NCBI RefSeq assembly: GCF_000009605.1
Contig: NC_002528.1
Coordinates: 120,001 to 152,000 of the forward strand
Length of the DNA: 32,000 nt
Direction: 5' to 3'
DNA from: Buchnera aphidicola str. APS (Acyrthosiphon pisum)
GTDB lineage: Bacteria > Pseudomonadota > Gammaproteobacteria > Enterobacterales > Enterobacteriaceae
The position numbers and the translations under genes were made by a program. Positions 22,261-32,000 of the stretch are shown here, in pieces (the first letter of the stretch is position 1; every line of letters begins with the position of its first letter). The notes under the pieces are model-generated. The model saw nothing but the letters and a program-made list of their open reading frames with translations, ran no database searches and had not been told where the DNA came from.

Positions 22261-23173
22261 GTATTTCTCTTTTTTTATGACACAACGGAAAGCCTAAATT
22301 TTTTCTTAAATTTAAATATTTTATTGCAACTTGAGAAGTTAATTTTCGAATGCGTAAAATATAACTTTGACGTTCATTTGAAGATAAAGATTTTCTTGCA
22401 TCTAATAAATTAAATATGTGGTTTGCTTGCAGTATTTTTTCATATGATACTAATAATAATGGTTCTTTTAAATTTATTAATTTTTTTGCTTCTAGTTCAT
22501 ACTTTTTAAAACAATCAAATAAAAAATTAACATCAGAATATTGAAAATTATACTGTGATTGTTCTCTTTCATTTTGTTGAAAAATATCGCCATAAGTTAT
22601 TTTTTTATGGTTATATTCATTCCAAATAAGATCATATACATTCGACTTGTTTTGCATGTGCATAGCTATTCTTTCTAAACCATATGTTATTTCTACACTG
22701 ACAGGCTTGCATTCTAATCCACCTACTTGTTGGAAATAAGTAAATTGAGTGATTTCCATCCCATTTAACCAAACTTCCCAACCAATACCCCACGCACCTA
22801 AAGTAGGATTTTCCCAGTTATCTTCTACAAAACGTATATCATGTATTTTTTCATCTATATTTAATAAATATAATGAATTTAGATAAATATTTTGAATATT
22901 ATTTGGAGGAGGTTTTATAATAACTTGAAATTGGTAATAATGTTGCAAACGATTAGGATTTTCTCCGTATCTCCCGTCAGAAGGACGACGACAAGATTGT
23001 ATATATGCAGCATTAATAGGTTCTGGTCCAATCGTTCCTAAAAAAGTAATATTGTGAAACGTACCTGCTCCTATTGGTAGATCTAATGGTTGAAAAATAG
23101 TACATCCTTGCTGCAACCAGTATTCTTGTAAAATTGTAATTAACTTATGAAAGTTATTATGATAATTTTTCAT
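22235..23173 (-). CDS. glyQ: Glycyl-tRNA synthetase alpha subunit
   Basis: [78 protein letters not shown]. Likely start ATG at 23173; the track start at 23203 is an alternative. Confidence 0.97.
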
Positions 23174-23867
23174 TAAAAATCCAGACAGAATATTGAAAAA
23201 CATACTTTATAAATTTAAAATTTTTAGTACTATTAAAAAATATTTTTTCACTTTATAAGAATAATTCTTAATTTAGTGAAGTATGTCTTTTTTTAAAGCA
23301 TTTTTTCTTTAAAAAAAAGATTAAGAAATCTTATATTAAAAGAATACAATGATATAAATGAAAAAGAAAGAAAATTATTAACGAAGAAATATATGAAACT
23401 AATTATAATACTTTTAATTCATTTCAATAATTATTCTTTCATAAATAAAATAGTTTTTATATACAAAATAGTATTTTGTAAAATTGCTATTGTGGGTGAT
23501 GTAATATAGTACAATAAAAATTATTATAGTTAGCAATATATTATTAACTATTTTTAATAAATATTATTATGTAAGTCAAACCATTCTATCGTTATATGAT
23601 AAGAAAAAATTAATTCCCGTGTATTGCCAATTTTTTTATGAATTTTTTATAAAAAACAATGAATTAAAAATATTCACTTTATTTTTATTGATTAAAATAT
23701 ATTTTCTCAGTATCATATTATTTTTAATATAAAAAATTTATTTTTTTCATTAGAAATAAAAATAATTTTGACTAATATTCATATTTTTCTATCATGTTAT
23801 TCTGTTTTATTTTTTAAGTTTCTTCAAAAATATTACAATATAAGTTTTTTTATAGGAAAAAATAAAA

Positions 23868-24713
23868 ATGAACTATATTGGTGCACATGTTAGTTCTTCT
23901 GGGGGTTTAGAAAAAACAGTATTACGTGCCATTCAAATAAAAGCAACAGCTTTTTCTTTTTTTACTAAAAACCAGCGTCAATGGTTCTCTCCTCCATTGA
24001 TTCAAAAAAAAATAGATCAATTTAAAGCAATGTGCATCAAATACAGCTTTCAACCCCAACAAATTTTACCTCATAGTAGTTATTTGATTAATTTAGGTCA
24101 TCCTATTGATGAATTACTAAGAAAATCTAGAAAATCTTTTATTGATGAAATGATTCGTTGTAGTCAACTCGGTTTAATTTTTTTAAATTTTCATCCTGGT
24201 AGTCATCTAAACAAAATCACTGAAAACGCTTGTTTGTTAAGGGTTTCTGATTCTATTAATATAGCTTTAGAGAAAACTCAAAATGTAATTGCAGTTATAG
24301 AAAATACAGCTGGACAAGGGACTAATATAGGATATTGTTTTGAACATTTATCTGAAATTATTAAAAATATTGACGATAAATCTAGAGTCGGAGTATGTAT
24401 TGATACTTGTCATCTATTTGCATCAGGATATGATTTACGTACTAAGAAAGACTGTGAAAATACATTTGAAAAATTTAATAGTTTAATAGGTTTAAAATAT
24501 TTAAAAGGAATACATTTAAATGATTCCAAGAAAAAAATTAATAGTCGTGTTGATCGTCATGAAAGTTTAGGATTAGGTGAAATTGGAACAGCAGCTTTTA
24601 CATGGATTATAAAAAATGAAAATTTTTCTAATATTCCAATTATTTTAGAAACAGCAAACCCTATGATATGGGAAGAAGAAATTGATTGGTTGAGATCTCA
24701 AAAAAAATTATAA
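23868..24713 (+). CDS. nfo: Endonuclease IV (AP endonuclease)
   Basis: [64 protein letters not shown] and ILETANP. Confidence 0.97.
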   Translation: MNYIGAHVSSSGGLEKTVLRAIQIKATAFSFFTKNQRQWFSPPLIQKKIDQFKAMCIKYSFQPQQILPHSSYLINLGHPIDELLRKSRKSFIDEMIRCSQLGLIFLNFHPGSHLNKITENACLLRVSDSINIALEKTQNVIAVIENTAGQGTNIGYCFEHLSEIIKNIDDKSRVGVCIDTCHLFASGYDLRTKKDCENTFEKFNSLIGLKYLKGIHLNDSKKKINSRVDRHESLGLGEIGTAAFTWIIKNENFSNIPIILETANPMIWEEEIDWLRSQKKL

Positions 24714-24747
24714 TTAAAAAATTTAATACATTTTAAGAGGCTTAAAT

Positions 24748-25035
24748 ATGTTAACACTTCAAGCAGAAACAAGAAAAGAAAAAGGTACTGGATTTAGTAG
24801 ACGACTACGTATTCATAATAAATTTCCAGCAGTCTTATATGGAGTCAAAAAAACTGAAATTTTACTTATATTAGATCATAACACCACCTTTAATTTACAA
24901 AAAAAGATAGAATTTTATAAAGAAAATTTGCTATTGTGTGTTCAGGATAAAAAATATAAAGTTAAAGTGCAAGCCATTCAGCGACATTCGTTTAAATCAA
25001 AATTATTACATATTGATTTTTTGTATGTCGAATAG
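24748..25035 (+). CDS. rplY: 50S ribosomal protein L25
   Basis: [27 protein letters not shown]...[18 protein letters not shown]. Confidence 0.94.
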
Positions 25036-25104
25036 GTACAATTAATATTATTATTGTAATCGCACTTATTTTTTTAAGAAATATATTCTTTTCTAATTTT
25101 TTTA

Positions 25105-25875
25105 TTATGTTCCTAACAATATAGTAGAGAAAATTTCTCTAAAAATTAACATTGTAGGATGAAATTGTATCGCAATCAAACTTAAAATTCCAGAGGACAT
25201 AGTTAAAATTGCTAACCATCCTATTTTCTTCTTAGTGAAAAAAGAAGTTCTATTATCTATATGATTTTTTCTCATTTTCCACCATTTTGATATTAGCCAT
25301 ATTCCTAGCCATATTAAAATTGAAATAAGTAATAACAACCATTTAAAATAATAACTTTGAGAACTTTCAGGTATTTTTATAGCGATACCTGTGACTATAC
25401 CAGGAAAAAAATATACTGGAGGCCATAATATACACCCAATAATACTAGGAAAGACAAATTTTTTTAATGGGAGTTTTAACATTCCAGAAACCATTGGAAT
25501 TAAAGGTCTTGTTGGTCCTATAAATCGTCCGAGAATAATAGTCAGCATGCTATGTTTATCTAAAAAAGATTTAGTTTTATCGAGTAATTTTTGGTTTTTT
25601 TTCAAAAAATTAAAATTATATAGCCAATTCTTAAAATACAACCCGATATAATATGATATCCAATCTCCTAATAAACATCCTGTTGTACCAGATATCCAAG
25701 CGGGATAAAATGATAATTTTCCATCACCGATAAATGTTCCTAATGTAGTCATTAAAATAATACCAGGAAGCAATAATCCTACTAATGCAAGAGATTCTAA
25801 AAAAGAAACGATGCCAACTACCAAGAGAGAGTATACTAATGACTGTGTTATAAAAGATGTTAACCAAGATTCCAT
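25105..25875 (-). CDS. yabI: DedA-family inner membrane protein YabI
   Basis: FLESLALVGLLLPGIILMTTLGTFIG, GDWISYYIG, GRFIGPTRPLIPMVSGMLKLP, CILWPPVYFFPGI. Confidence 0.92.
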   Translation of the reverse strand: MESWLTSFITQSLVYSLLVVGIVSFLESLALVGLLLPGIILMTTLGTFIGDGKLSFYPAWISGTTGCLLGDWISYYIGLYFKNWLYNFNFLKKNQKLLDKTKSFLDKHSMLTIILGRFIGPTRPLIPMVSGMLKLPLKKFVFPSIIGCILWPPVYFFPGIVTGIAIKIPESSQSYYFKWLLLLISILIWLGIWLISKWWKMRKNHIDNRTSFFTKKKIGWLAILTMSSGILSLIAIQFHPTMLIFREIFSTILLGT

Positions 25876-26061
25876 AAATTCTCATTATTTTATAGGTTTT
25901 TTTATATTAAAACTAAATTTTTACGTAAATATTTTATACTTTATATTTTTTTTAAAACAACCTCAAGAAAATATTTTAAATTTATTTTTTTTAATCCTTT
26001 GGAAATAAATTATAAAAATATTTTAGTGTTAAACACCTTATTTATAAAAAGAAGAATTTGA

Positions 26062-27354
26062 ATGAAAATATGTATTTTTATATTTTTTTATATTTTTAGT
26101 AGTATTTTTTATGTTTTAGCTAAAAATAATCAAGTAGACAATATTACAGCTATTGTGAACGATGAAATCATATTAAATAGCGATGTAAATGAAATTCTTG
26201 TTTTTTTAAAAAAATCAAAGAAAAAGTTTATAATTCCTCTAAAAAGTGATTTTTTAAAAGAAAAAGTCCTTGAAAAATTAATTGTAGATTCTTTAATATT
26301 ACAAGAAGCAAATAGTAAGAATATTAATATAACTAAAGAACAAATTGACACTGTAATCAAAAATATTGCTTTGAAAAAACATATTAGTGTTGATCACTTT
26401 AAAAAACAGATTTTATTACGAAATATTAAAAATCCTTCTTATTATGACAATTTCATAAAAAAAATAGAAATATTATTAAAAATGAAAACAATTCAAGATT
26501 ACGAATTGCACAAACGTATTAATATTTCGGAACAAGAAGTTAACACTATTTTTAAAAAACTTATAAAAGACAATGAAAAATTTAAAAAGATAAATTTAAG
26601 CTATATTTTACTTCCTTCTTTAAAACAAGATTCTGATAATGCAGTTAGAAATAGAACAAAAATAGCAGAAAATATCGTATATAAACTAAAGAAAGGTTAC
26701 GATTTTGAAAAATTGTTAATAGAGTGTGAAAAAAATAAATCTACTTTTATAGTAAAGAAAATGTTTTGGAAACCTCTTTTAGATATACAAAATAGTTTTT
26801 TTAAAACTTTAAATATTTTTAAAAAAGGACAGATTTTAGGACCTATTGTTGGAGATAAAGGACTTTATATTTTAAAAGTTAATGATATTCATCATAAAAA
26901 AGAAAATATCGTCACTGAATTTTACATGCAACATTGTTTGATAAAACCTTCTGTGATTCTTACAAACACAGAAGCAAAGAAAAAGATTTTTAATATATAT
27001 GAAAATATCAAAAAAGGAATTTATACTTTTGATGATGCAGTCAAAAATTTATCTGATGATTATTATTCATCTAACAAAAAAGGTGATTTGGGATGGATTT
27101 CAAAAGAATCATTGGGTTTTGATTTAAATAAGAAATTTTTAATTTTAGATAAAAATGAAATAAGCGAGCCTGTTAAGTCTAATTGGGGATGGCATATATT
27201 TAAAATATTAGATCGACGTCAAGTAGATGCATTTTATAAATTAAAAAAAAACCAAGCTTTTAATATTGTATTAAACCAAAAAATAATATCGGAAAAAAAT
27301 CATTGGATAGAAGATCTGAAAAATACTGCTTATATAGAAATTATAAGATCATAA
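26062..27354 (+). CDS. surA: Periplasmic chaperone / peptidyl-prolyl isomerase SurA
   Basis: N-terminal signal sequence, VDNITAIVNDEIILNSDVN, and a second parvulin domain KKGDLGWISKESLG...SEPVKSNWGWHIFKILDRR. It precedes rsmA. Confidence 0.92.
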   Translation: MKICIFIFFYIFSSIFYVLAKNNQVDNITAIVNDEIILNSDVNEILVFLKKSKKKFIIPLKSDFLKEKVLEKLIVDSLILQEANSKNINITKEQIDTVIKNIALKKHISVDHFKKQILLRNIKNPSYYDNFIKKIEILLKMKTIQDYELHKRINISEQEVNTIFKKLIKDNEKFKKINLSYILLPSLKQDSDNAVRNRTKIAENIVYKLKKGYDFEKLLIECEKNKSTFIVKKMFWKPLLDIQNSFFKTLNIFKKGQILGPIVGDKGLYILKVNDIHHKKENIVTEFYMQHCLIKPSVILTNTEAKKKIFNIYENIKKGIYTFDDAVKNLSDDYYSSNKKGDLGWISKESLGFDLNKKFLILDKNEISEPVKSNWGWHIFKILDRRQVDAFYKLKKNQAFNIVLNQKIISEKNHWIEDLKNTAYIEIIRS

Positions 27355-27404
27355 ATATCTTTTTTTTTAAAATATTTAAATATTTAATAATTAACTATAA
27401 ATTT

Positions 27405-28229
27405 ATGATGCCAAAAAATTTTAAAAAACATTTGCCTCTAAAAAAATACGGACAAAATTTTCTTATAAATAAAGATACCATTAAAAATATTATTAAAATT
27501 ATTGATCCTAAGACAACAGAAACATTAGTCGAAATTGGTCCAGGATTGGCTGCATTAACTAAACCCATGTGTGAATTGTTAGAAGAATTAATTGTTATTG
27601 AAATAGATCAGGATTTATTGTTTTTATTAAAAAAACGTTCTTTTTACTCAAAATTGATAGTTTTTTATCAAAATGCTTTAAATTTTAATTTTTTAAATTT
27701 ATTTCATAAAAAAAAACAATTAATTCGTATTTTTGGAAATTTGCCATATAATATTTCCACGTCTTTGATTATTTTTTTATTCAAACAAATCAAAGTTATT
27801 CAAGATATGAATTTTATGTTGCAGAAAGAAGTTGCCGAAAGATTAATTTCTACCCCTGGGAATAAATCTTATGGTCGTTTAAGTATTATATCCCAATATT
27901 ACTGTGATATTAAAATATTATTAAACGTTTCACCTGAAGATTTTCGACCTATCCCTAAAGTACATTCTGTTTTTATTAACTTAAAACCTCATACTAATTC
28001 TCCTTATTTTGTTTATAATGTGAATATTCTAAGTGCTATTACAAAAGATGCCTTTCAAAATAGAAGAAAAATATTACGTCATAGTTTGAAAAATTTATTT
28101 TCTGAAAAAGAATTAATTAAATTAGAAATTAATTCCAATTTACGAGCTGAAAATGTTTCTGTGTCACATTATTGTAAATTAGCTAATTATTTGTATAAAA
28201 AATCGAATAATCTTTTAAAAATTAATTAA
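27405..28229 (+). CDS. rsmA: 16S rRNA dimethyladenosine transferase
   Basis: KKYGQNFLINKD, ETLVEIGPGLAALT, RIFGNLPYNISTSLI and FRPIPKVHSVFI. ATG at 27405 or 27408 is preferred over the track TTG at 27303, which lies inside surA. Confidence 0.96.
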   Translation: MMPKNFKKHLPLKKYGQNFLINKDTIKNIIKIIDPKTTETLVEIGPGLAALTKPMCELLEELIVIEIDQDLLFLLKKRSFYSKLIVFYQNALNFNFLNLFHKKKQLIRIFGNLPYNISTSLIIFLFKQIKVIQDMNFMLQKEVAERLISTPGNKSYGRLSIISQYYCDIKILLNVSPEDFRPIPKVHSVFINLKPHTNSPYFVYNVNILSAITKDAFQNRRKILRHSLKNLFSEKELIKLEINSNLRAENVSVSHYCKLANYLYKKSNNLLKIN

Positions 28230-28273
28230 ATTATTTTTTAAAATTTTACATTTATTTATAGAGATCATAATAT

Positions 28274-29098
28274 ATGAGTACTTATTTTATAAGTGATATA
28301 CATGGTTGCTACGAAGAATTTAGAATTCTTTTAGAAAAATCATCTTTTAATGATAAAAAAGATTATTTATGGATCGCAGGTGATTTAGTTTCTAGGGGTC
28401 CAGACTCTCTTAAAGTTGTAAAATATCTTTATTCATTAAAAGATAGAGTACAAATAGTTTTAGGGAATCATGATATAAATTTAATTGCTGTACATGCTGG
28501 TATAAAAGATAATAAAAAAGAAAATTATTTTGATGAATTTTTATCTTCACCGGATAGCGTGGAGCTCATAAATTGGCTGCGCTGTCAATCTTTTTTAAAA
28601 GTTGATGAGAAACGAAAAATTATTATGTCACATGCTGGAATTAGTCCACAATGGGATATTAATATAGCAAAAGTTTGTGCATTAGAAATTGAAGATCGCT
28701 TGTCTCATAAAAATTATGCTTTATTTCTAAAAGAAATATATCATAATAATATAGATTTTTGGAGATTGAACTTAAATCAATTAGATAGACTACGATATTC
28801 CATGAATTCTTTTACAAGAATGAGATATTGTTATCCTGATGGTCGATTAAATATGTTTTGTAAAAAATCTCCTGATTTTGTAAAATACCCGTTACGCCCA
28901 TGGTTTTTAATGCCATCCAGTATTTCTAAAGTTTATTCTATTTTTTTTGGACACTGGTCTTCTTTAAAAGGAACTCATGTACCTAAACCTTTTTTCCCAT
29001 TAGATGCTGGTTGTTGTTGGGGTGAAGAATTAGTTATGTTGCGATGGGAAGATGGAAAATGGTTTTCGCAAGCTTATTTATCAAAAAAATGCATATAA
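28274..29098 (+). CDS. apaH: Bis(5'-nucleosyl)-tetraphosphatase, symmetrical
   Basis: ISDIHGCYEEF, WIAGDLVSRGPDSL, VLGNHDINLIAV and MSHAGISPQWD metallophosphatase motifs. Confidence 0.96.
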   Translation: MSTYFISDIHGCYEEFRILLEKSSFNDKKDYLWIAGDLVSRGPDSLKVVKYLYSLKDRVQIVLGNHDINLIAVHAGIKDNKKENYFDEFLSSPDSVELINWLRCQSFLKVDEKRKIIMSHAGISPQWDINIAKVCALEIEDRLSHKNYALFLKEIYHNNIDFWRLNLNQLDRLRYSMNSFTRMRYCYPDGRLNMFCKKSPDFVKYPLRPWFLMPSSISKVYSIFFGHWSSLKGTHVPKPFFPLDAGCCWGEELVMLRWEDGKWFSQAYLSKKCI

Positions 29099-29124
29099 GA
29101 AATTGATGTTTTAAAATTATTGTT

Positions 29125-29610
29125 TTATCTTGATAAAATTTCAAATGAATAATTGTATGGATTCATTTTATTTTTGGTATTTTTTTTTCTAAATAATGTT
29201 TTCCAATATGGATATAACTTATATTCAGGAAAATAAGCATCACCAACAATATCAATATCTATATGAGTTAAATATAATTTATTAGCATAAAATAGCATTT
29301 CTTTATATATTTTAGCACCACCAATAATCATAATTTCTTGATTGTATTGTGCAGATATAATTGCATTAGATATTGAATCAGCCCAAATAATACCCTCTTG
29401 TTTGATTTCATTGCTACTAATAACTATGTTTTTACGCATTGGTAAGGGTTTTTTTTTAATAGACTCCCAAGTTAATCGACCCATAATTATGTTTTTATTA
29501 ATCGTTTTTTGTTTAAACCATTTTAAATCTTCTGGAAGATACCAAGGTATTTTATTTTTATATCCGATAACTAAATTTTTAGATATAGCAGCAATTAAAC
29601 TTATATTCAT
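29125..29610 (-). CDS. folA: Dihydrofolate reductase
   Basis: ISLIAAISKNLVIGYKNKIPWYLPEDLKWFK (catalytic Asp retained), NIIMGRLTWESI, IMIIGGAKIY, KLYLTHIDIDIVGD. Confidence 0.96.
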   Translation of the reverse strand: MNISLIAAISKNLVIGYKNKIPWYLPEDLKWFKQKTINKNIIMGRLTWESIKKKPLPMRKNIVISSNEIKQEGIIWADSISNAIISAQYNQEIMIIGGAKIYKEMLFYANKLYLTHIDIDIVGDAYFPEYKLYPYWKTLFRKKNTKNKMNPYNYSFEILSR

Positions 29611-29699
29611 GTGAATATAGAGAACATCCCTTCATATAAATTATAAATATGTTTCACAACATATTTATAAAAATTGTTTGTTATTTAAGTATCAGTCAA

Positions 29700-32000
29700 T
29701 TATTTTTTCGTATAAAATAATTGTATTTTTTTATGTATTTTTTGTAAAGTTTCAATATTTTTTATTGGATTTTCATTTAGTGCCATAACAGTTGCAAAAG
29801 CACCATTAACTGTCGTATCATAGTGTACTTTATATTGTAGAGCACTGCGACATATTAATTTTGAATCTTTTATGCCTTGATAGCAAGATGTAGTATTAAC
29901 AATATAAGAATATTCTCCGTTTTTTAAACGATCTTGTATATGGGGACGTCCTTCATGTACTTTATTAACTAATCTAGATGAAATGCCAGATTTTTTTAAA
30001 GCTACAGAAGTACCTTTAGTGGCGTCTATTTTAAAACCGAGTTTTTTTAATTTTACTGCTAAGTTAATAATGTTATTTTTATCATTATTTCTTACAGACA
30101 GAAGAACACGACCTGATTTTTTCATATTAGTATGTGCTCCTAACATAGATTTAGAAAATGCTTCTGAAAAGTTTTTTCCAATTCCCATGACTTCTCCAGT
30201 AGAACGCATTTCTGGACCTAGTATAGGATCAACACCTTGAAATTTATCAAATGGAAGAACTGCTTCTTTTACTGAAAAATAAGGAGGAATTATTTCTTTA
30301 ATAAAACCTTGTTCTAATAGTGTTTTACCACACATTACACGTACAGAAATTTTTGCTAATGCAAGACCTATTGCTTTTGAGACAAACGGCACTGTACGTG
30401 CAGCTCTTGGATTTACTTCAATGATATAGATTTTATTATTTTTAATAGCGAATTGTATATTCATTAGTCCTTTTACAGATAATTCAAAAGCTAGCTTTTT
30501 TACTTGTCTTCTAATTTCATTTTGCACTTTACTAGTAAGAGTATATGCAGGTAATGAGCATGCAGAATCGCCAGAATGAACTCCAGCCTGTTCAATGTGC
30601 TCCATTATACCACCAATTAAAACAGTTTCTCCATCACAGATGGCATCAACATCAACTTCTGTTGCATAGTCTAGATATTGATCTAATAAAATAGGTGTTG
30701 TATTGTTCTTTTTTAGTGTTGTTTTAAAGTAATTTTCTAAACCATACGGTTCATAAACAATTTCCATTGCTCTTCCACCTAAAACATAAGATGGTCGTAC
30801 CATTATTGGATAGCCAATTATATCAGCTTTTTTATAAGCTTCATCTAAAGTCAAGACAGTTGCGTTTAAAGGTTGTTGTAATCTTAATTTATTAACAGTT
30901 TTTTGGAAACGATAACGATTTTCTGCTGTGTCAATCGAATCTGGACTGGTTCCTATTATAGGAACACCTTCTTTTTCAAATTCATGCGCTAATTTTAATG
31001 GGGTTTGACCTCCATATTGAATGATAACTCCTTTTGGTTTTTCTATTCTGACTATTTCTAAAACGTTTTCTAATGTAATTGGTTCAAAGTATAATCTATC
31101 TGAAATATCATAATCGGTAGATACTGTTTCTGGATTACAGTTAACCATAATTGCTTCAAAACCATCTTCTCGTAAAGCTTGAGCCGCGTGTACACAGCAA
31201 TAGTCAAACTCTATACCTTGTCCTATTCTATTAGGACCACCACCTAATATGATTATTTTTTTATTATTTTTACTTGGATGAGACTCACATTCATCTTCCC
31301 ATGTTGAATACATATATGCTGTTTCGGTAGAAAATTCAGCTGAACATGTATCAATTCTTTTATAAACAGGATGCAAATTAAGTTTATAACGTAGTTGTCT
31401 TATTTCACTTTCATTTTTATTAGTAAGTATTGCAATACGTTGGTCAGAAAAACCTTTTCTTTTTAGAAAATAAAAAAAGTCGTATTTTAAGCCAATAAAT
31501 CCATTTTTTATAATTTTTTTCTCTAAGAGAATAATTTCTTTGATTTGAACAAGAAACCATGGATCAATCGATGTTAAATCAAATACATCGTTTATAGACA
31601 TACCATATCGAAATGCATCACCTATATACCAAATACGTTCAGAACCTGCATCTTTTAATTCGCGTCTAATTTTAATTAAATATTCTGAATCGCGAGAAGA
31701 TATTTTAGAGTCAAAACCACTAGCGCCGACTTCTAAACCACGAATAGCTTTTTGTATAGATTCTTGGAAAGTACGACCTATCGCCATAACTTCTCCGACA
31801 GATTTCATTTGTGTAGTTAATCTATCATCGCATCCAGGAAATTTTTCAAAATTAAATCTAGGAATCTTTGTTACTATGTAATCTATTGATGGTTCAAATG
31901 ATGCAGTAGTATTTGTTCCGGTGATATCATTTGCAAGTTCATCTAATGTATACCCGATAGCTAATTTAGCTGCAATTTTTGCAATCGGGAATCCTGTTGC
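29700..32000 (-). CDS. carB: Carbamoyl-phosphate synthase large subunit (5' end beyond the window)
   Basis: The frame stays open beyond the track start at 31808 (upstream reading ...[42 protein letters not shown]). [54 protein letters not shown]. Confidence 0.98.
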   Translation of the reverse strand, partial: ATGFPIAKIAAKLAIGYTLDELANDITGTNTTASFEPSIDYIVTKIPRFNFEKFPGCDDRLTTQMKSVGEVMAIGRTFQESIQKAIRGLEVGASGFDSKISSRDSEYLIKIRRELKDAGSERIWYIGDAFRYGMSINDVFDLTSIDPWFLVQIKEIILLEKKIIKNGFIGLKYDFFYFLKRKGFSDQRIAILTNKNESEIRQLRYKLNLHPVYKRIDTCSAEFSTETAYMYSTWEDECESHPSKNNKKIIILGGGPNRIGQGIEFDYCCVHAAQALREDGFEAIMVNCNPETVSTDYDISDRLYFEPITLENVLEIVRIEKPKGVIIQYGGQTPLKLAHEFEKEGVPIIGTSPDSIDTAENRYRFQKTVNKLRLQQPLNATVLTLDEAYKKADIIGYPIMVRPSYVLGGRAMEIVYEPYGLENYFKTTLKKNNTTPILLDQYLDYATEVDVDAICDGETVLIGGIMEHIEQAGVHSGDSACSLPAYTLTSKVQNEIRRQVKKLAFELSVKGLMNIQFAIKNNKIYIIEVNPRAARTVPFVSKAIGLALAKISVRVMCGKTLLEQGFIKEIIPPYFSVKEAVLPFDKFQGVDPILGPEMRSTGEVMGIGKNFSEAFSKSMLGAHTNMKKSGRVLLSVRNNDKNNIINLAVKLKKLGFKIDATKGTSVALKKSGISSRLVNKVHEGRPHIQDRLKNGEYSYIVNTTSCYQGIKDSKLICRSALQYKVHYDTTVNGAFATVMALNENPIKNIETLQKIHKKIQLFYTKK

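Noticed and set aside
27303-27404. N-terminal extension of RsmA from TTG 27303
   Set aside because: The extension lies inside surA and has no homology. KKYGQNFL is normally near the N-terminus, so ATG 27405/27408 is the sensible start.
25391-30240. ORFs 25391-25651(+), 25811-26008(+), 26130-26360(-), 29342-29614(+) and 29983-30240(+)
   Set aside because: Shadow ORFs opposite yabI, surA, folA and carB. The true genes on the other strand are clear.

Overview
This 32 kb window is very AT-rich and densely packed. It is chromosomal DNA from a reduced gammaproteobacterial endosymbiont, and gene content and order match Buchnera aphidicola. I see no CRISPR array, transposon, prophage or tRNA/rRNA gene. 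Order: rsxC(partial)-rsxD-rsxG(frameshifted)-rsxE-nth-priA-tyrS / sufA(-) / ydiK-aroH-thrS-infC-rpmI-rplT-[leader]-pheS-pheT-ihfA-queA-tgt-yajC / glyS(-)-glyQ(-) / nfo-rplY / yabI(-) / surA-rsmA-apaH / folA(-)-carB(- partial). No unknown multigene system is evident. The notable signals are erosion of specific catalytic sites inside otherwise intact genes. (1) ThrRS has lost H73, H77, C182 and H186 of its editing site. (2) PheRS beta has lost H265, E334 and G318 of its editing site. (3) PriA keeps all 8 zinc cysteines but has lost its helicase/ATPase motifs. (4) rsxG is split by an A11 tract where A12 would restore the frame, a candidate for polymerase-slippage rescue. (5) infC uses a conserved ATT start that the ORF track misses. 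(6) A structured, attenuator-like leader sits before pheST. Homology statements come from remembered E. coli protein sequences; no database search was run.
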